A DNA stretch of 64,000 bases, taken from Macrostomum lignano (Eukaryota). Positions 47,001-58,284 of the stretch are shown here, piece after piece. Every line of letters starts with the position of its first letter. Position 1 is the stretch's first letter. The notes under the pieces were generated by a model. That model ran no database searches. It was not told where the DNA came from and was given only the letters and a program-made list of their open reading frames with translations. The translations under genes and the position numbers were made by a program. The stretch spans positions 287,698 to 351,697 of the forward strand of contig NIVC01001150.1 in assembly GCA_002269645.1 (NCBI GenBank), in the 5' to 3' direction.

Positions 47001-50000
47001 CCTGCTCAGTCGGGGGGGAGCTGCTGTCAAGACTATAACACACGGGCTTTGTCTCCACCAACCCCTGCTCAGTCGGGGGGGAGCTGCTGTCAAGACTATA
47101 ACACACGGGCTTTGTCTCCACCAACCCCTGCTCAGTCGGGGGGGAGCTGCTGTCAAGACTATAACACACGGGCTTTGTCTCCACCAACCCCTGCTCAGTC
47201 GGGGGGGAGCTGCTGTCAAGACTATAACACACGGGCTTTGTCTCCACCAACCCCTGCTCAGTCGGGGGGGAGCTGCTGTCAAGACTATAACACACGGGCT
47301 TTGTCTCCACCAACCCCTGCTCAGTCGGGGGGGAGCTGCTGTCAAGACTATAACACACGGGCTTTGTCTCCACCAACCCCTGCTCAGTCGGGGGGGAGCT
47401 GCTGTCAAGACTATAACACACGGGCTTTGTCTCCACCAACCCCTGCTCAGTCGGGGGGGAGCTGCTGTCAAGACTATAACACACGGGCTTTGTCTCCACC
47501 AACCCCTGCTCAGTCGGGGGGGGAGCTGCTGTCAAGACTATAACACACGGGCTTTGTCTCCACCAACCCCTGCTCAGTCGGGGGGGGAGCTGCTGTCAAG
47601 ACTATAACACACGGGCTTTGTCTCCACCAACCCCTGCTCAGTCGGGGGGGAGCTGCTGTCAAGACTATAACACACGGGCTTTGTCTCCACCAACCCCTGC
47701 TCAGTCGGGGGGGGAGCTGCTGTCAAGACTATAACACACGGGCTTTGTCTCCACCAACCCCTGCTCAGTCGGGGGGGGAGCTGCTGTCAAGACTATAACA
47801 CACGGGCTTTGTCTCCACCAACCCCTGCTCAGTCGGGGGGGGAGCTGCTGTCAAGACTATAACACACGGGCTTTGTCTCCACCAACCCCTGCTCAGTCGG
47901 GGGGGAGCTGCTGTCAAGACTATAACACACGGGCTTTGTCTCCACCAACCCCTGCTCAGTCGGGGGGGAGCTGCTGTCAAGACTATAACACACGGGCTTT
48001 GTCTCCACCAACCCCTGCTCAGTCGGGGGGGGAGCTGCTGTCAAGACTATAACACACGGGCTTTGTCTCCACCAACCCCTGCTCAGTCGGGGGGGGAGCT
48101 GCTGTCAAGACTATAACACACGGGCTTTGTCTCCACCAACCCCTGCTCAGTCGGGGGGGGAGCTGCTGTCAAGACTATAACACACGGGCTTTGTCTCCAC
48201 CAACCCCTGCTCAGTCGGGGGGGAGCTGCTGTCAAGACTATAACACACGGGCTTTGTCTCCACCAACCCCTGCTCAGTCGGGGGGGAGCTGCTGTCAAGA
48301 CTATAACACACGGGCTTTGTCTCCACCAACCCCTGCTCAGTCGGGGGGGAGCTGCTGTCAAGACTATAACACACGGGCTTTGTCTCCACCAACCCCTGCT
48401 CAGTCGGGGGGGAGCTGCTGTCAAGACTATAACACACGGGCTTTGTCTCCACCAACCCCTGCTCAGTCGGGGGGGAGCTGCTGTCAAGACTATAACACAC
48501 GGGCTTTGTCTCCACCAACCCCTGCTCAGTCGGGGGGGAGCTGCTGTCAAGACTATAACACACGGGCTTTGTCTCCACCAACCCCTGCTCAGTCGGGGGG
48601 GAGCTGCTGTCAAGACTATAACACACGGGCTTTGTCTCCACCAACCCCTGCTCAGTCGGGGGGGAGCTGCTGTCAAGACTATAACACACGGGCTTTGTCT
48701 CCACCAACCCCTGCTCAGTCGGGGGGGAGCTGCTGTCAAGACTATAACACACGGGCTTTGTCTCCACCAACCCCTGCTCAGTCGGGGGGGAGCTGCTGTC
48801 AAGACTATAACACACGGGCTTTGTCTCCACCAACCCCTGCTCAGTCGGGGGGGGAGCTGCTGTCAAGACTATAACACACGGGCTTTGTCTCCACCAACCC
48901 CTGCTCAGTCGGGGGGGGAGCTGCTGTCAAGACTATAACACACGGGCTTTGTCTCCACCAACCCCTGCTCAGTCGGGGGGGGAGCTGCTGTCAAGACTAT
49001 AACACACGGGCTTTGTCTCCACCAACCCCTGCTCAGTCGGGGGGGGAGCTGCTGTCAAGACTATAACACACGGGCTTTGTCTCCACCAACCCCTGCTCAG
49101 TCGGGGGGGGAGCTGCTGTCAAGACTATAACACACGGGCTTTGTCTCCACCAACCCCTGCTCAGTCGGGGGGGGAGCTGCTGTCAAGACTATAACACACG
49201 GGCTTTGTCTCCACCAACCCCTGCTCAGTCGGGGGGGAGCTGCTGTCAAGACTATAACACACGGGCTTTGTCTCCACCAACCCCTGCTCAGTCGGGGGGG
49301 GAGCTGCTGTCAAGACTATAACACACGGGCTTTGTCTCCACCAACCCCTGCTCAGTCGGGGGGGAGCTGCTGTCAAGACTATAACACACGGGCTTTGTCT
49401 CCACCAACCCCTGCTCAGTCGGGGGGGGAGCTGCTGTCAAGACTATAACACACGGGCTTTGTCTCCACCAACCCCTGCTCAGTCGGGGGGGAGCTGCTGT
49501 CAAGACTATAACACACGGGCTTTGTCTCCACCAACCCCTGCTCAGTCGGGGGGGAGCTGCTGTCAAGACTATAACACACGGGCTTTGTCTCCACCAACCC
49601 CTGCTCAGTCGGGGGGGAGCTGCTGTCAAGACTATAACACACGGGCTTTGTCTCCACCAACCCCTGCTCAGTCGGGGGGGAGCTGCTGTCAAGACTATAA
49701 CACACGGGCTTTGTCTCCACCAACCCCTGCTCAGTCGGGGGGGAGCTGCTGTCAAGACTATAACACACGGGCTTTGTCTCCACCAACCCCTGCTCAGTCG
49801 GGGGGGAGCTGCTGTCAAGACTATAACACACGGGCTTTGTCTCCACCAACCCCTGCTCAGTCGGGGGGGAGCTGCTGTCAAGACTATAACACACGGGCTT
49901 TGTCTCCACCAACCCCTGCTCAGTCGGGGGGGAGCTGCTGTCAAGACTATAACACACGGGCTTTGTCTCCACCAACCCCTGCTCAGTCGGGGGGGAGCTG

Positions 50001-52451
50001 CTGTCAAGACTATAACACACGGGCTTTGTCTCCACCAACCCCTGCTCAGTCGGGGGGGAGCTGCTGTCAAGACTATAACACACGGGCTTTGTCTCCACCA
50101 ACCCCTGCTCAGTCGGGGGGGAGCTGCTGTCAAGACTATAACACACGGGCTTTGTCTCCACCAACCCCTGCTCAGTCGGGGGGGGAGCTGCTGTCAAGAC
50201 TATAACACACGGGCTTTGTCTCCACCAACCCCTGCTCAGTCGGGGGGGAGCTGCTGTCAAGACTATAACACACGGGCTTTGTCTCCACCAACCCCTGCTC
50301 AGTCGGGGGGGAGCTGCTGTCAAGACTATAACACACGGGCTTTGTCTCCACCAACCCCTGCTCAGTCGGGGGGGAGCTGCTGTCAAGACTATAACACACG
50401 GGCTTTGTCTCCACCAACCCCTGCTCAGTCGGGGGGAGCTGCTGTCAAGACTATAACACACGGGCTTTGTCTCCACCAACCCCTGCTCAGTCGGGGGGGA
50501 GCTGCTGTCAAGACTATAACACACGGGCTTTGTCTCCACCAACCCCTGCTCAGTCGGGGGGGAGCTGCTGTCAAGACTATAACACACGGGCTTTGTCTCC
50601 ACCAACCCCTGCTCAGTCGGGGGGGAGCTGCTGTCAAGACTATAACACACGGGCTTTGTCTCCACCAACCCCTGCTCAGTCGGGGGGGGAGCTGCTGTCA
50701 AGACTATAACACACGGGCTTTGTCTCCACCAACCCCTGCTCAGTCGGGGGGGAGCTGCTGTCAAGACTATAACACACGGGCTTTGTCTCCACCAACCCCT
50801 GCTCAGTCGGGGGGGAGCTGCTGTCAAGACTATAACACACGGGCTTTGTCTCCACCAACCCCTGCTCAGTCGGGGGGGAGCTGCTGTCAAGACTATAACA
50901 CACGGGCTTTGTCTCCACCAACCCCTGCTCAGTCGGGGGGGAGCTGCTGTCAAGACTATAACACACGGGCTTTGTCTCCACCAACCCCTGCTCAGTCGGG
51001 GGGGAGCTGCTGTCAAGACTATAACACACGGGCTTTGTCTCCACCAACCCCTGCTCAGTCGGGGGGGAGCTGCTGTCAAGACTATAACACACGGGCTTTG
51101 TCTCCACCAACCCCTGCTCAGTCGGAGGGGGAGCTGCTGTCAAGACTATAACACACGGGCTTTGTCTCCACCAACCCCTGCTCAGTCGGGGGGGAGCTGC
51201 TGTCAAGACTATAACACACGGGCTTTGTCTCCACCAACCCCTGCTCAGTCGGGGGGGAGCTGCTGTCAAGACTATAACACACGGGCTTTGTCTCCACCAA
51301 CCCCTGCTCAGTCGGGGGGGAGCTGCTGTCAAGACTATAACACACGGGCTTTGTCTCCACCAACCCCTGCTCAGTCGGGGGGGAGCTGCTGTCAAGACTA
51401 TAACACACGGGCTTTGTCTCCACCAACCCCTGCTCAGTCGGGGGGGAGCTGCTGTCAAGACTATAACACACGGGCTTTGTCTCCACCAACCCCTGCTCAG
51501 TCGGGGGGGAGCTGCTGTCAAGACTATAACACACGGGCTTTGTCTCCACCAACCCCTGCTCAGTCGGGGGGGAGCTGCTGTCAAGACTATAACACACGGG
51601 CTTTGTCTCCACCAACCCCTGCTCAGTCGGGGGGGAGCTGCTGTCAAGACTATAACACACGGGCTTTGTCTCCACCAACCCCTGCTCAGTCGGGGGGGAG
51701 CTGCTGTCAAGACTATAACACACGGGCTTTGTCTCCACCAACCCCTGCTCAGTCGGGGGGGAGCTGCTGTCAAGACTATAACACACGGGCTTTGTCTCCA
51801 CCAACCCCTGCTCAGTCGGGGGGGAGCTGCTGTCAAGACTATAACACACGGGCTTTGTCTCCACCAACCCCTGCTCAGTCGGGGGGGAGCTGCTGTCAAG
51901 ACTATAACACACGGGCTTTGTCTCCACCAACCCCTGCTCAGTCGGGGGGGAGCTGCTGTCAAGACTATAACACACGGGCTTTGTCTCCACCAACCCCTGC
52001 TCAGTCGGGGGGAGCTGCTGTCAAGACTATAACACACGGGCTTTGTCTCCACCAACCCCTGCTCAGTCGGGGGGGAGCTGCTGTCAAGACTATAACACAC
52101 GGGCTTTGTCTCCACCAACCCCTGCTCAGTCGGGGGGGAGCTGCTGTCAAGACTATAACACACGGGCTTTGTCTCCACCAACCCCTGCTCAGTCGGGGGG
52201 GAGCTGCTGTCAAGACTATAACACACGGGCTTTGTCTCCACCAACCCCTGCTCAGTCGGGGGGGAGCTGCTGTCAAGACTATAACACACGGGCTTTGTCT
52301 CCACCAACCCCTGCTCAGTCGGGGGGGAGCTGCTGTCAAGACTATAACACACGGGCTTTGTCTCCACCAACCCCTGCTCAGTCGGGGGGGAGCTGCTGTC
52401 AAGACTATAACACACGGGCTTTGTCTCCACCAACCCCTGCTCAGTCGGGGG
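41008..52451. repeat. ~63-65-bp satellite, left block (~180 units)
   Basis: Unit (G)nAGCTGCTGTCAAGACTATAACACACGGGCTTTGTCTCCACCAACCCCTGCTCAGTC; variation lies almost only in G-run length. Confidence 0.99.
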
Positions 52452-52558
52452 CTGACCTTGACTTAGCTGCAGGGCGGTCCGAAGACGCAGCGGGGAGGCG
52501 AGCGTCGCCCATTCCGCTAATCCCTGAAAGACCCGCATAGGCTAGGGCGCGGGGCCGG

Positions 52559-55500
52559 TCAGGGAGGTCTGCCGGTCCTGTCTGCAGCGTTGTCTTCGGT
52601 GGGGAAGACGGAGGCTCGCTTGGTGGCCCGGAGGAACCGGATGAGCCGTGGGATGTTCTCGGGCCGGCAAACGTCGTCCAGGGACGGGTTGGGCCCGAGG
52701 TGGTTGAGCCGGTCTCGGTTGAAGGCCGGGCAGTAGCAGACGAAGTGCATGGCATCTTCATTCTCGAGGCTGCAGAAGGGGCAGAGTTCACTCCGGCGAA
52801 CACATCGGAGGAAGCAGTGCCTGGCAAAGCAACCGTGACCTGTGAAGGTCATAGTGAGAGCGCGGATATCTTTTCGATTTTGATTCAAAAGGATTCTCCG
52901 CAGCTTGAGGGACGGATTGGGCACTGCCGCACGAGATTGGCGGCAGTTGGAGATACCATCCCATCTGCGCAAGTGCAGGATGTCCGCCCAGTCGTTAATC
53001 TGACGATTAATGACTGTGGCGGGGATGGGGGCCAGGGGCACGGGGCCAAGGGGCGAGCCGGAACAGCCCGCCTTAGCGAGGGAGTCGGCGAGCTCGTTAC
53101 CTTTGAAGCCGGCGTGTCCTGGGATCCACGTGAGCCGGACGGTGTTCCTCCGAGCCAGCTTGTTGAGCTGCCCGATACAGTCGCGGACTGTTCGGGAGTT
53201 CGTAGTGGTGTGACACAGGGCCTGTAAAGCGGCCTGGCTGTCAGAGTGGAAGAAGATTCTTCTGTCCTTGAAGTCCTTGCGGTGGAGCTCAGCTGCACAG
53301 GAGCTGATGGCAAGGACTTCATTCTGGAAGACGCTGGAGAGTCTGCCAGTGTGTTGGGCGTGAGTAGCAATCACGCGGCCGTTGATAAGGATGCAGACTC
53401 CAAAGCCGGATAAACCGTCTTTGGAGGATCCGTCAGTGAAGCAGTGAACCTCCTGAGGGGCCCAGCTGTCGTTGGCGTTCTCCCTGGAGGGGATCGTGAC
53501 CTTGAAGCGTTGGTAGAGGTTGAGGGAGCGCGGTTCAGCGTCCGAAAGGACAGCCGCACTCCCACTCTCCTCCAGAACTTTAAGGCACAGGTCAGAGTGC
53601 GGCAGGAGCTTGCGCTTCGCCATCGCTCTTTGTGGCTTGAAGCTAACACCAGCCTCGATGAGCCGGCGGGTGGTTTTAGCAGCCTCGCGACGGACAAAGA
53701 TGTCCAGAGGCGGGAGGCAGAGAAAGGCGTTGAGGCCGTCAAAGGGAGCAGAGAGCGGGGCATTCAGGATCATGCGGCACGCACGTCCCTGCACCTTTTT
53801 GAGGGCTTCGTGGCAGGTTTTAATCTGCAAGGCGCTGGTCCAGACCAGGCCGGCGTATGTAACGGCCGGTCGGACCATTGCGGTATAGATCCACCAGAGA
53901 CGCTTTGGGGTGAGGCCCCAGGTGGTGCCGACGGCTCTGCGCAGCTGCGCAAGAATCGCGAGGGCTTTTTTGGTTTTGGCCTGGACGTGGGTGGACCAGC
54001 TCAGCCGGTGGTCCAGCGTAACGCCGAGACACTTGGTTTGCTTGCAGGATGGAATTTCCACCCCGTAAAGCTTTAGTGGGCGAATACGCCAGTTTACCCT
54101 GCTGGTGAACATGATCGCGACAGTTTTGGTCTCGGAGAGCCTGAGGCCGCACCTGTCCGCCCAACGTTCAGCAGAGCGAATGAAGTTTTGCAAAAGATCT
54201 CTAAGGGTTTCAGGTGACGGTCCGGATGCCACGGCTGTGACATCATCGGCGTAACCGACCTTGAGGATGGGGTCAAGATGGCTGTCCTGGAGGAGCTCAT
54301 CGATGACCATGTTCCAGAGAACTGGAGAGAGGACACCGCCCTGGGGGCTGCCTTTGCAGACGGTTACCGTCCGTTGGTGGCCCAACAGGTGTGCGGTGGC
54401 AGTACGGTGGCTGATCATATACATGATCCACCGGGTGAGGTGCGAGTGGGTTCCTCTAGCACGTAGAGCTCTGTCAAAGGCCTCAAAGAGGACATTATCG
54501 AAGGCTCCAACAATGTCGAGGAAGACAGCGAGAGCGTAGCCATTACCAAGAACGGCTTTCTCCAGCATGTCAACCAGAACGTGAAGCGCGCTCTCCGTGG
54601 ACCTGCCTGCCCGAAAGGCATGCTGGTTCTCACTGAGCGGCTTGTTCTTCAGTTCCACAGAGAGGAGGCGCCAGAGCACCAGTCTCTCTAACAGCTTCAC
54701 CAATGAGGAGGTGAGGCTAATTGGTCTGAAGGATTTAATGGACCGGTAGTCCGGTCGGCCAGGCTTGGGGATAAAGACCACCTTGGCCTCGGTCCAGGAT
54801 TTCGGAACAAAGCCGAGCACAATGCAGGCTTTCAGAAGCCGGCAAAGGTTCCGCAGGAAACCGGTGCATTTCACCGCCTCCCGCAGGAAGGCTGGCACAA
54901 CGCCGTCCGGTCCTGGGGATTTGAAGGGTTTGAAGGAGGAGACAGCTTTAGTAACGCGGTCCTCCGTGATGATTGAGTCAGCCAGTACGTGTCCGCCCAC
55001 TGAGTGGTCAGGGGGGCCGGGCCTAGCTGGCTCGTTCGGGAAAAACGCTGTTAGCATCGCTTCCAGTGTTTCTCCTGGGTTCTCAGTGAGCGAGCCGTCG
55101 GCTCTCTTGACTGAGGAGAGTTTGGACATTTTGTCCAGGGTGAGGGCTTTAACGATTCTGGAGGTGGGGCGGGAGCCCTCAAGTTCCTCACAGTATTCGC
55201 GCCACTTGTTGGTTTTGGCGTTCCTAACCTGCCTCTTGAACTCGTGGATAGAGTTCAGGTAGGCGGTTTGGTCGGCCGGGTTTTTAGTTTTTTGGGCCCT
55301 GCGGTGAAGCCTTTTGGCTCTGCGACGGAGGTCGCCAAGCTGCGGGTTCCACCATGGGGCCGACTGTTTGCCTTTATATGCCTTTAGTGGGCATGAGGCT
55401 TCGAAGGCAGCAGTGAGCGAGTCCGTAAGTGCGGCCGCAAATTCATCTGCTTCTTCGCAGGTGTTGATGGAGACTGGAGCGCTAGTGCAACGATAGGTCT

Positions 55501-56263
55501 CCTCCAGGGCAAGCCTGAAGGCGGTCCAGTCGGTATTCCTAGCATTCCGTTTCCAGTAAAGCTGGCCTGCGTTACGGGCGCTGGCCAGCGTGAAAGAGAT
55601 GAACTTGTGATCGGAGAGGGACGCCTCAGGAAGCACCCGCCATTCCCTAGTGCTCTGGAAGAGCCTGGGCGTGGCGAGGGTGGCATCCAGCACCTCCGAT
55701 CGGCGTCCGTTATTGAAGGTAGGGGTACTACCCGAGTTACAGAACTCAAGGGTTGTAGTAGCAATATAAGCCAGGAAGTCTTCACCTCTCTGGTTTATAT
55801 CAGAACTGCCCCAGTGGGTGTGGTGGGCATTGATGTCACCTGCCACGAGCAGCTCATAGTTTCTGGTGGAGCAGAGCTCGACCAGTGTGACAAGCTCTAC
55901 TGGGATCATCTCGCCGTCGCCCGGTAGGTAAACCGAGGCGATGAGGGTAGTCCTCCCAGGGAGTATGTCTTCAGACTGGATGACACAGATGTCCCTGGTG
56001 GACAGGTCTGATCTGAGCCATGCGTTAATAGAACTGGACACCATGATGCAGGATCTTGGTGCCAGGTTTCCCTCCCGGGTACCAGCGGTTAAACACTGGT
56101 AGCCGGTGGGGACATGTTGGGGGCTGCCCCTAAGCGTCCAAGGTTCCTGGATAAGGATAATCCCTGGCACGTATTGGTCAGTGTGCTTCAAGAGGTTGAC
56201 TGAAGCAGCAATGCTGTGCTGCAGGTTGACCTGCAAGCAGTGGATGCCCTGGGAGACAGTCAT
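52559..56263 (-). CDS. LINE ORF2: AP endonuclease, RT, RNase H, CCHC finger, 1234 aa, uninterrupted
   Basis: APE: QVNLQH, IQEPW, GDINAHH, LDATL, SDH. RT: FRPISL, FLDIVGAFD, GSPQGGVLSP, YADD. RNase H: FTDGS, E, SDSQ, GNELAD. Finger: CPFC..EDAMHFVCYC. Confidence 0.96.
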   Translation of the reverse strand: MTVSQGIHCLQVNLQHSIAASVNLLKHTDQYVPGIILIQEPWTLRGSPQHVPTGYQCLTAGTREGNLAPRSCIMVSSSINAWLRSDLSTRDICVIQSEDILPGRTTLIASVYLPGDGEMIPVELVTLVELCSTRNYELLVAGDINAHHTHWGSSDINQRGEDFLAYIATTTLEFCNSGSTPTFNNGRRSEVLDATLATPRLFQSTREWRVLPEASLSDHKFISFTLASARNAGQLYWKRNARNTDWTAFRLALEETYRCTSAPVSINTCEEADEFAAALTDSLTAAFEASCPLKAYKGKQSAPWWNPQLGDLRRRAKRLHRRAQKTKNPADQTAYLNSIHEFKRQVRNAKTNKWREYCEELEGSRPTSRIVKALTLDKMSKLSSVKRADGSLTENPGETLEAMLTAFFPNEPARPGPPDHSVGGHVLADSIITEDRVTKAVSSFKPFKSPGPDGVVPAFLREAVKCTGFLRNLCRLLKACIVLGFVPKSWTEAKVVFIPKPGRPDYRSIKSFRPISLTSSLVKLLERLVLWRLLSVELKNKPLSENQHAFRAGRSTESALHVLVDMLEKAVLGNGYALAVFLDIVGAFDNVLFEAFDRALRARGTHSHLTRWIMYMISHRTATAHLLGHQRTVTVCKGSPQGGVLSPVLWNMVIDELLQDSHLDPILKVGYADDVTAVASGPSPETLRDLLQNFIRSAERWADRCGLRLSETKTVAIMFTSRVNWRIRPLKLYGVEIPSCKQTKCLGVTLDHRLSWSTHVQAKTKKALAILAQLRRAVGTTWGLTPKRLWWIYTAMVRPAVTYAGLVWTSALQIKTCHEALKKVQGRACRMILNAPLSAPFDGLNAFLCLPPLDIFVRREAAKTTRRLIEAGVSFKPQRAMAKRKLLPHSDLCLKVLEESGSAAVLSDAEPRSLNLYQRFKVTIPSRENANDSWAPQEVHCFTDGSSKDGLSGFGVCILINGRVIATHAQHTGRLSSVFQNEVLAISSCAAELHRKDFKDRRIFFHSDSQAALQALCHTTTNSRTVRDCIGQLNKLARRNTVRLTWIPGHAGFKGNELADSLAKAGCSGSPLGPVPLAPIPATVINRQINDWADILHLRRWDGISNCRQSRAAVPNPSLKLRRILLNQNRKDIRALTMTFTGHGCFARHCFLRCVRRSELCPFCSLENEDAMHFVCYCPAFNRDRLNHLGPNPSLDDVCRPENIPRLIRFLRATKRASVFPTEDNAADRTGRPP

Positions 56264-56265
56264 GT

Positions 56266-57794
56266 CTACTGTCCAGGGGAGGAGAAAAGCAACTCATTCT
56301 CAGCCTCATCGGTGAGAGTTGAGTCGCCAATTTCCATTGGCTCAGGCTCAGCCGCCTCCCCAGCCGCCGCGGAGGCGGACACGGCGCCCACGGCAGGTGA
56401 GTCACCTAGCCGCGCTACACCGCCCTCCTCCCCAGCGACTGGGGTACGGCTGCTGCCTTCGCCTTGCGCCCCGCCGTCGGGAGTCTGAGCTCGGCCGGCA
56501 GCGTCCTCCTGGTGGTAATCCCACCAGTTGGAAGGCTGAGCCGTGCCGTCGTCCAGTTCCCTCGGCTGGCTTTCAGTGTTTTTTCGAGCGGCACGAGTCT
56601 GCTCGAGGTGAAGTCTCAGAGACTGAGCTTCGTCAAGTGCGCGCTGGATTAGACCGGACCGCCGGCTACTGCGGGCGGGTCTACGTCCGCGCGAGGCGGA
56701 CTCAGCAGCGCGAATAGCCTTGTTAGGCTCGGGATCGGGTTGCTGCTGCCGCTTGGCCGGCGGGGCATGAGCCCCAGCTCCGGGAGCGGCGCGCTTCCCG
56801 TCTTTCTTGGTCTCCACCTTGCCCTCCTCACAGCGGAGGATGGTCAGTTGATGGAGACCAAGGTGGAGGTTTGTGCCGTGCGGTAGCCGCTTGGCCCATC
56901 CCTCCGTCAGGCCGAGGATGACTGTGGCCCCGGTCGTGCCCTTGCGGACCGTGCTGTGGTACACAAGACCACTGGCGTCGAGATCCGGGTGCCGCTTGAG
57001 CAGGAGCTGCCGCAGCTGCTCCCCGGACTTGATTGCACTGTCGGCCGGGACCCAAATCCGATGGCGGATGGTCTTCGGCCGCTCGCTCTCCAAGGCGAAG
57101 GTCAGCTGGCCCAGGTCGCTGTGCCAGTCGAACTTGGGCAGCTGATCCCGCAGGAGCTGGGTGCTCTCCTCGGATTTGCACCACAGTAGGATGCACCCGT
57201 TCGCCTTGGTGGACTTGACGATGTCCACGAAGACGCCCTCCAGGGTTAGATTGAGCAAGCCCTCGTCGATGGTACGCCACGCGACGTCGAGCTGCTCGGG
57301 CGTCAGGTCGAAATCCCCGCCGAGGATCATCACGGCGGGTTGCAGCGGCTGCTTGACCTTGGACGCGTAGGACTCGGAGGTCTTGAGCGGGGCCGCTTTG
57401 TCTTTGGAAGGCGGTAGGCCGGCAGGGTTGCCCCCTGAGAGCCCGAGGACACGGCGGTTCCTGACGGCCCAGCCGCGCCACCGGACTCCCCAGAGGGCCT
57501 CCCCGCTGCGGTGGCTCCCGAAGGCCTCACCGCGGCTTGCGTGCCCTCCTCAGACGCAGCAGCAGCCCGCTTCTCCTGCCGCTTACGGTTGCGGCGGATG
57601 TTCCGCTGTCGTCGAGACTCGGCCGTGCGCGGTCGGCTAGACTGGCGGCCAGGGTGATCGGCGGCAGCGTCAGCTGGCCCGGTTGGACCAGGTTGGGCGT
57701 TGGTGCTACCAGTGGTAGCTACCGGAGCGGCTGATCCCGGTGAGCCAGAGGCGACCGGGTCAGTTTCTTTAGGGATGGTGGCGTTAGTGGCCAT
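56266..57794 (-). CDS. LINE ORF1 (DUF4780-like), split over two frames by a -1 shift near 57430
   Basis: Frame A runs 57794-57330. Frame B is open from ~57550 to 56266 and contains SYASKVK and GCILLWC..HRIWVP..LGL, resembling LOA-type ORF1. No CCHC knuckles. Confidence 0.75.
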
Positions 57795-58284
57795 AGCTGA
57801 AAAGCGGGGGAGGGCTACTCGTTATGCGAGTTGAGTACCCGACTGGCCGACACCTCAAGCCAGCCGGTTTGAAAAAAGGACCGCTAGCGACCGGACTACT
57901 CCCCGGCCTTCCAGCCCATCGGCACGGTCAAACACCTTAGGCATTAGAGGGTACGTTAAGCAGTACCACGGCCTGCAGGCTGGTGAGCCAGACCCGCATA
58001 CCCAAATTCGGCCGAAGCCACTGGATAGGGTCGCCAGCGCCGGAGCCCAGTCTGTCCAGCAGCCCTAGGGTCTGCCTTGAACACACGCGGGGACGAGTAC
58101 CCCTGGGTCGACTTGCGAGACAGCGTGGGGGAGTCTGCGGCTGCCAGAGGCAAATAGAGGGTGCAGACCTCCCACCAGCCTTGACCTGCTGAAGATGGGG
58201 GCAGGCGTGAAGCATCGCAGACCTTAGCTCGTAGGCCTAGTCTGTCTCATACTTCACTGGCATGCTGAATACGCCTTCGCGTGC

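Larger units (their letters stand above)
52452..58284 (-). mobile_element. Full-length non-LTR retrotransposon (LOA/R1-group, APE-RT-RNase H), 5.83 kb
   Basis: ~490-nt 5' UTR, ORF1, ORF2 and ~105-nt 3' UTR. GTCGGGGG is duplicated at both junctions (52444-52451, 58285-58292). No poly(A). Confidence 0.95.

Noticed and set aside
41008-52451. Hammerhead or twister ribozyme in the satellite unit
   Set aside because: No CUGAUGA/GAAA core on either strand. UAACAC and AAGCCC lie on opposite strands and lack the partner stems of twister.
57990-58060. Second HDV-like candidate in the LINE 5' UTR (TCCAGT-GG-CTTCGG-CCGAA)
   Set aside because: It has a CGAA-like motif, but no P2 and no P3/L3 of acceptable length could be built.
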